Part shown: in pieces, positions 61,126 through 64,000 of the stretch
Position numbering within the stretch: the first letter of the stretch is position 1
How the letters are laid out: every line of letters starts with the position of its first letter
Source: Hypanus sabinus
Lineage: Eukaryota
Assembly (NCBI RefSeq): GCF_030144855.1
Contig: NC_082730.1
Coordinates: 15,376,001-15,440,000, forward strand
Direction: 5' to 3'
DNA length: 64,000 nucleotides
Program-made: the position numbers and the translations under genes
Notes under the pieces: model-generated
Database searches by the model: none
What the model was told of the DNA's origin: nothing
The model's input: the letters and a program-made list of their open reading frames with translations, nothing else

Positions 61126-64000
61126 CTCTGACCTTCACTATTTCCTTCTTTTCCTTTCCAAAATTTATTTTAACTTTGCAATTTCTGATTCACAGTCCTC
61201 ATTTTTCTGCAGCCATGTCCCAGTAATGAGGTCTGTAACTGATGATCGGAGGTTATTTTCTCTCTCTCTCTATCGAACACTAATTTAGCCTACTGTCTGA
61301 ACCCCCACCCCCGGCTCAGCTGCTTTACCTCACTCCACTCTGCAGAGATTACAGAGGGAACACAAAGCCTCCTCATCTCCTCGTACTGATTCTATATCTC
61401 TTCCCCTTTGCTCAGTTTCATGATGTGGAAGGTGGGTCGTTGGCTGCTCTTTGCTCCCCTGATAATTGACAGAGTTCAGTCTCATGGTTTACAAGAGAAA
61501 CTAAGGTAGTCTTATGGAGATCAGTGGAATCAAATATACTGATCATTTGAAAGAAAACATTTAAATACATGAATCCTTTCTTATCTTATGGTCAAACTAA
61601 GCTTTATGCAGTTGATATTTGTTTCCACAAGCGACTGTGGAGGCTGAGTCACTGGGTGTATTTAAGGCTTTTGATTAGTCAGGTCATCAAAGGGTATGGT
61701 GTGAAAGCAGGGGAGTGGGGATGACTGGGAGAATCGGATCAACCCATGATAGAATGGCGGCGCAGACTTGGGCCGAATGGCCTACTTCTGCTCCAATATC
61801 TTATGGTCTGATGATATGACTTGGCTTTAACATACTCATTTGTGTGTAGAATGCTTGATGTGAATGAATGGAATACATTTGTTACAGACGGAATTTCATT
61901 GTGAGTAGCCATCTGAAATAAAGCAGAGATCCCATTGTCCAAGAATCTGATGGGTTGACCATTGCCTTTTGCAGAGACGTGATGAATCTGATCCTCACAG
62001 CCTGGTGGTCCAAGAGGTAAAGTGAGGATTCCAAGAATACACTGACTGTGGTGGAATTTTGCATTAAGATAAAATATTTGTGCTTCTGCACAGTTTGTGC
62101 ATTGAGAGCTAATCTGTTGACTCCATGAAGACAGAAAAAGAAACAAAATAATGTTGTTATCCTTCAAGGTAGTGACTTTGATTTTTGAATTCCTTCTCCA
62201 AGATGTCTCCTTCATTGATATCAATATTACAACAGTTTTCCCTATGTTTCCTTCATCACCCCAGCAAAAAGATTTAACCGTCACATCCTGTGTTCACTTT
62301 AATTCACTTTTACACTGTTAAATTTCGTTCTATGGATTCAAATACCTGCAGATGTTGTTTGTTCTAATAACCAATGAATGATAATCAATTTCCATGTTCT
62401 TCATAAATTGATGTTATCAATAAGGGGTTTTGCTTCGAACTGAAATGCATTCATGGGAAATAGATCACATTCAGGCTCCTGGACTTCCCTTTGTTGTCAA
62501 CAGTTGTGAATCTTCAGGAAAGGGAAACAGTTAATCACTCATTCCGACATTCCATCAGAACAAATTTAATAAGTATTAGCTTGACTTTGATCTCTTCAGA
62601 AGCTGTCCGACCTTCTGGGTATATCTATTATTCACCAATTTCATTTCAGACAGGCATGTATTTATTGTTCATTGTTCAAGTTTAATTGTCATTCATCCTT
62701 ACATGAATACAGACAAAAAAAACAGCATTACTCTAGGGTCAAGGTGCAAAACACAGTACTAACAGTCAGACACAGCACAAAGTGCATATAATACAAATAA
62801 GACAGCAAGCACTATAAGATATCAGAAAAATACAGTCACATAAGTAAAAATATAGTCCAAGATCATGAGTCAATGACTGCTGCATCAATCTTCAATTTAA
62901 TACAATATGGCTTGTCTTCTGCCAAGTGAACCCTGCAGGGGCAGCACCAACTCCAGTTTTAACACACACCACACCACCTCCGGTGGAGCGCAGTGACTCT
63001 GGGGGTTGTAAACAGGTAATGCTGTGGCTTGAGGCCCAGTGCTCACTGCAACCAAGGCCAAGCAGAACCCCTGCCACCCGCCAATAAATCAGCGAATCAG
63101 ACTTGCACAATTCCAAATTCACAATGTCCACAAGTTTGTGTGATCGCAAGGAAATCGACTAAGATGATCACTTGCTGTGAGTTTGCACAGCATCTTTGTG
63201 CACCGAAACTCTCTGTCCCATGCAACATCACAGGCCGCACCAAGTCCAGTTCCTTCTCTTTCACCACCGAAGAGAAATTCACTGACGGGGTATATCTGCG
63301 ATACTTTAAGTTCTTAATGTCCTGCAGGGTCATGTGATTGCAGAAAATACATTTAAAAAGGACAATAACACATTTGGTTAAGGTTATAGAAGCCGCTACA
63401 ATCGAACACGCCACCATCTTAATTTGCTTGTGTGTTCAGAAATATTGCTACACAATGATTGCTGTGATGAATTATTCAATATAGGTACAATTGTGCCACT
63501 GTAGAAAGGTGTGAAAGGACAAAGAACAATAGAAAGTAATATAGGGAGCTGAATAGAATGAGTGATCCACAACTTGTTGCAGCTTGTATCGGTCAACGGG
63601 CTGTGAAATTCCAAAATGGAGATGTTGTGTATCTCGAAGCTGATCTGTGACTGTAACCCATGATTGTACAATAAATTTTCTTTGAAAATGCCAAAAGGGT
63701 AACTCCATTATTGTAACCATGAAGCTAGAAAACATAGATTATTGATCGAGTACAAGTGATCAGGTGACATAACATCCTTCACCTGATATGTGAGGAAGTG
63801 ATGCAATACGACCAGAGTCTGTTTTGAGTTCTAATCCTCTTCATGTTGATTAGCAGCAAGTGGAGAATGTTACTGACATTCAATATATAAGTTTGAGGTC
63901 ACAGTGCAGAAGCAGAATTGTTGTTTACCATGTGACCACTCATGTGGATCCCCAATGATCAAAGGCCTCCTCATTTTTGATGGGAATCCATTGCCAGTAC

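Noticed and set aside
61420-61505. MMWKVGRWLLFAPLIIDRVQSHG as a signal-peptide exon
   Set aside because: Charged residues interrupt the hydrophobic core, the donor is weak (gtagtc) and phase 2, and no partner exon was seen.
55542-63777. 8.24-kb spacing of the unclassified repeat matching the 8.22-kb spacing of the two leader exons
   Set aside because: The intervening sequences are not colinear, so this is treated as coincidence.
1-64000. CRISPR arrays, rRNA, operons or other prokaryotic/viral systems
   Set aside because: None seen; the only short tandem repeats are LINE tails, microsatellites and the 3x37-bp CR1 junction, which has no spacers.

Overview
Eukaryotic, repeat-rich genomic DNA with introns and one assembly gap (N 13851-14017). 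The retroelement content (CR1 with (CATAGAA)n-type tails, V-SINE, Penelope, Rex/Babar-type LINEs, L1, chromoviral Gypsy) and the gene type point to a cartilaginous fish, probably a ray or skate (inference). One intact multi-exon gene can be assembled on the + strand (12906-31099, 9 coding exons, 1782 nt, 593 aa). Its layout is leader - V - C2 - V - C2 - stalk - uncharged TM - cytoplasmic tail with one ITIM (IVYADL), one ITSM (TTYADI) and one ITSM-like motif (TVYANM). The V domains carry the CD300/pIgR/TREM extra-disulfide signature and the C2 domains resemble FcR-like domains, so this is best called an inhibitory CD300/pIgR-like receptor (MDIR-type, a family known from skate). Relics of paralogous units surround it: an orphan leader exon at 4682, a leaderless half-V pseudogene at about 46.1-51.8 kb, and duplicated intergenic blocks. 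The most interesting signals are candidate isoform switches around the TM exon (a 21-nt exon with an AT instead of GT donor followed by stop and AATAAA; an inverted repeat pair bracketing an in-frame stalk+TM cassette) and a candidate 6-nt micro-exon. No prokaryotic systems, CRISPR arrays, rRNA or true tRNA genes were seen. TE boundaries are approximate unless a TSD is quoted.
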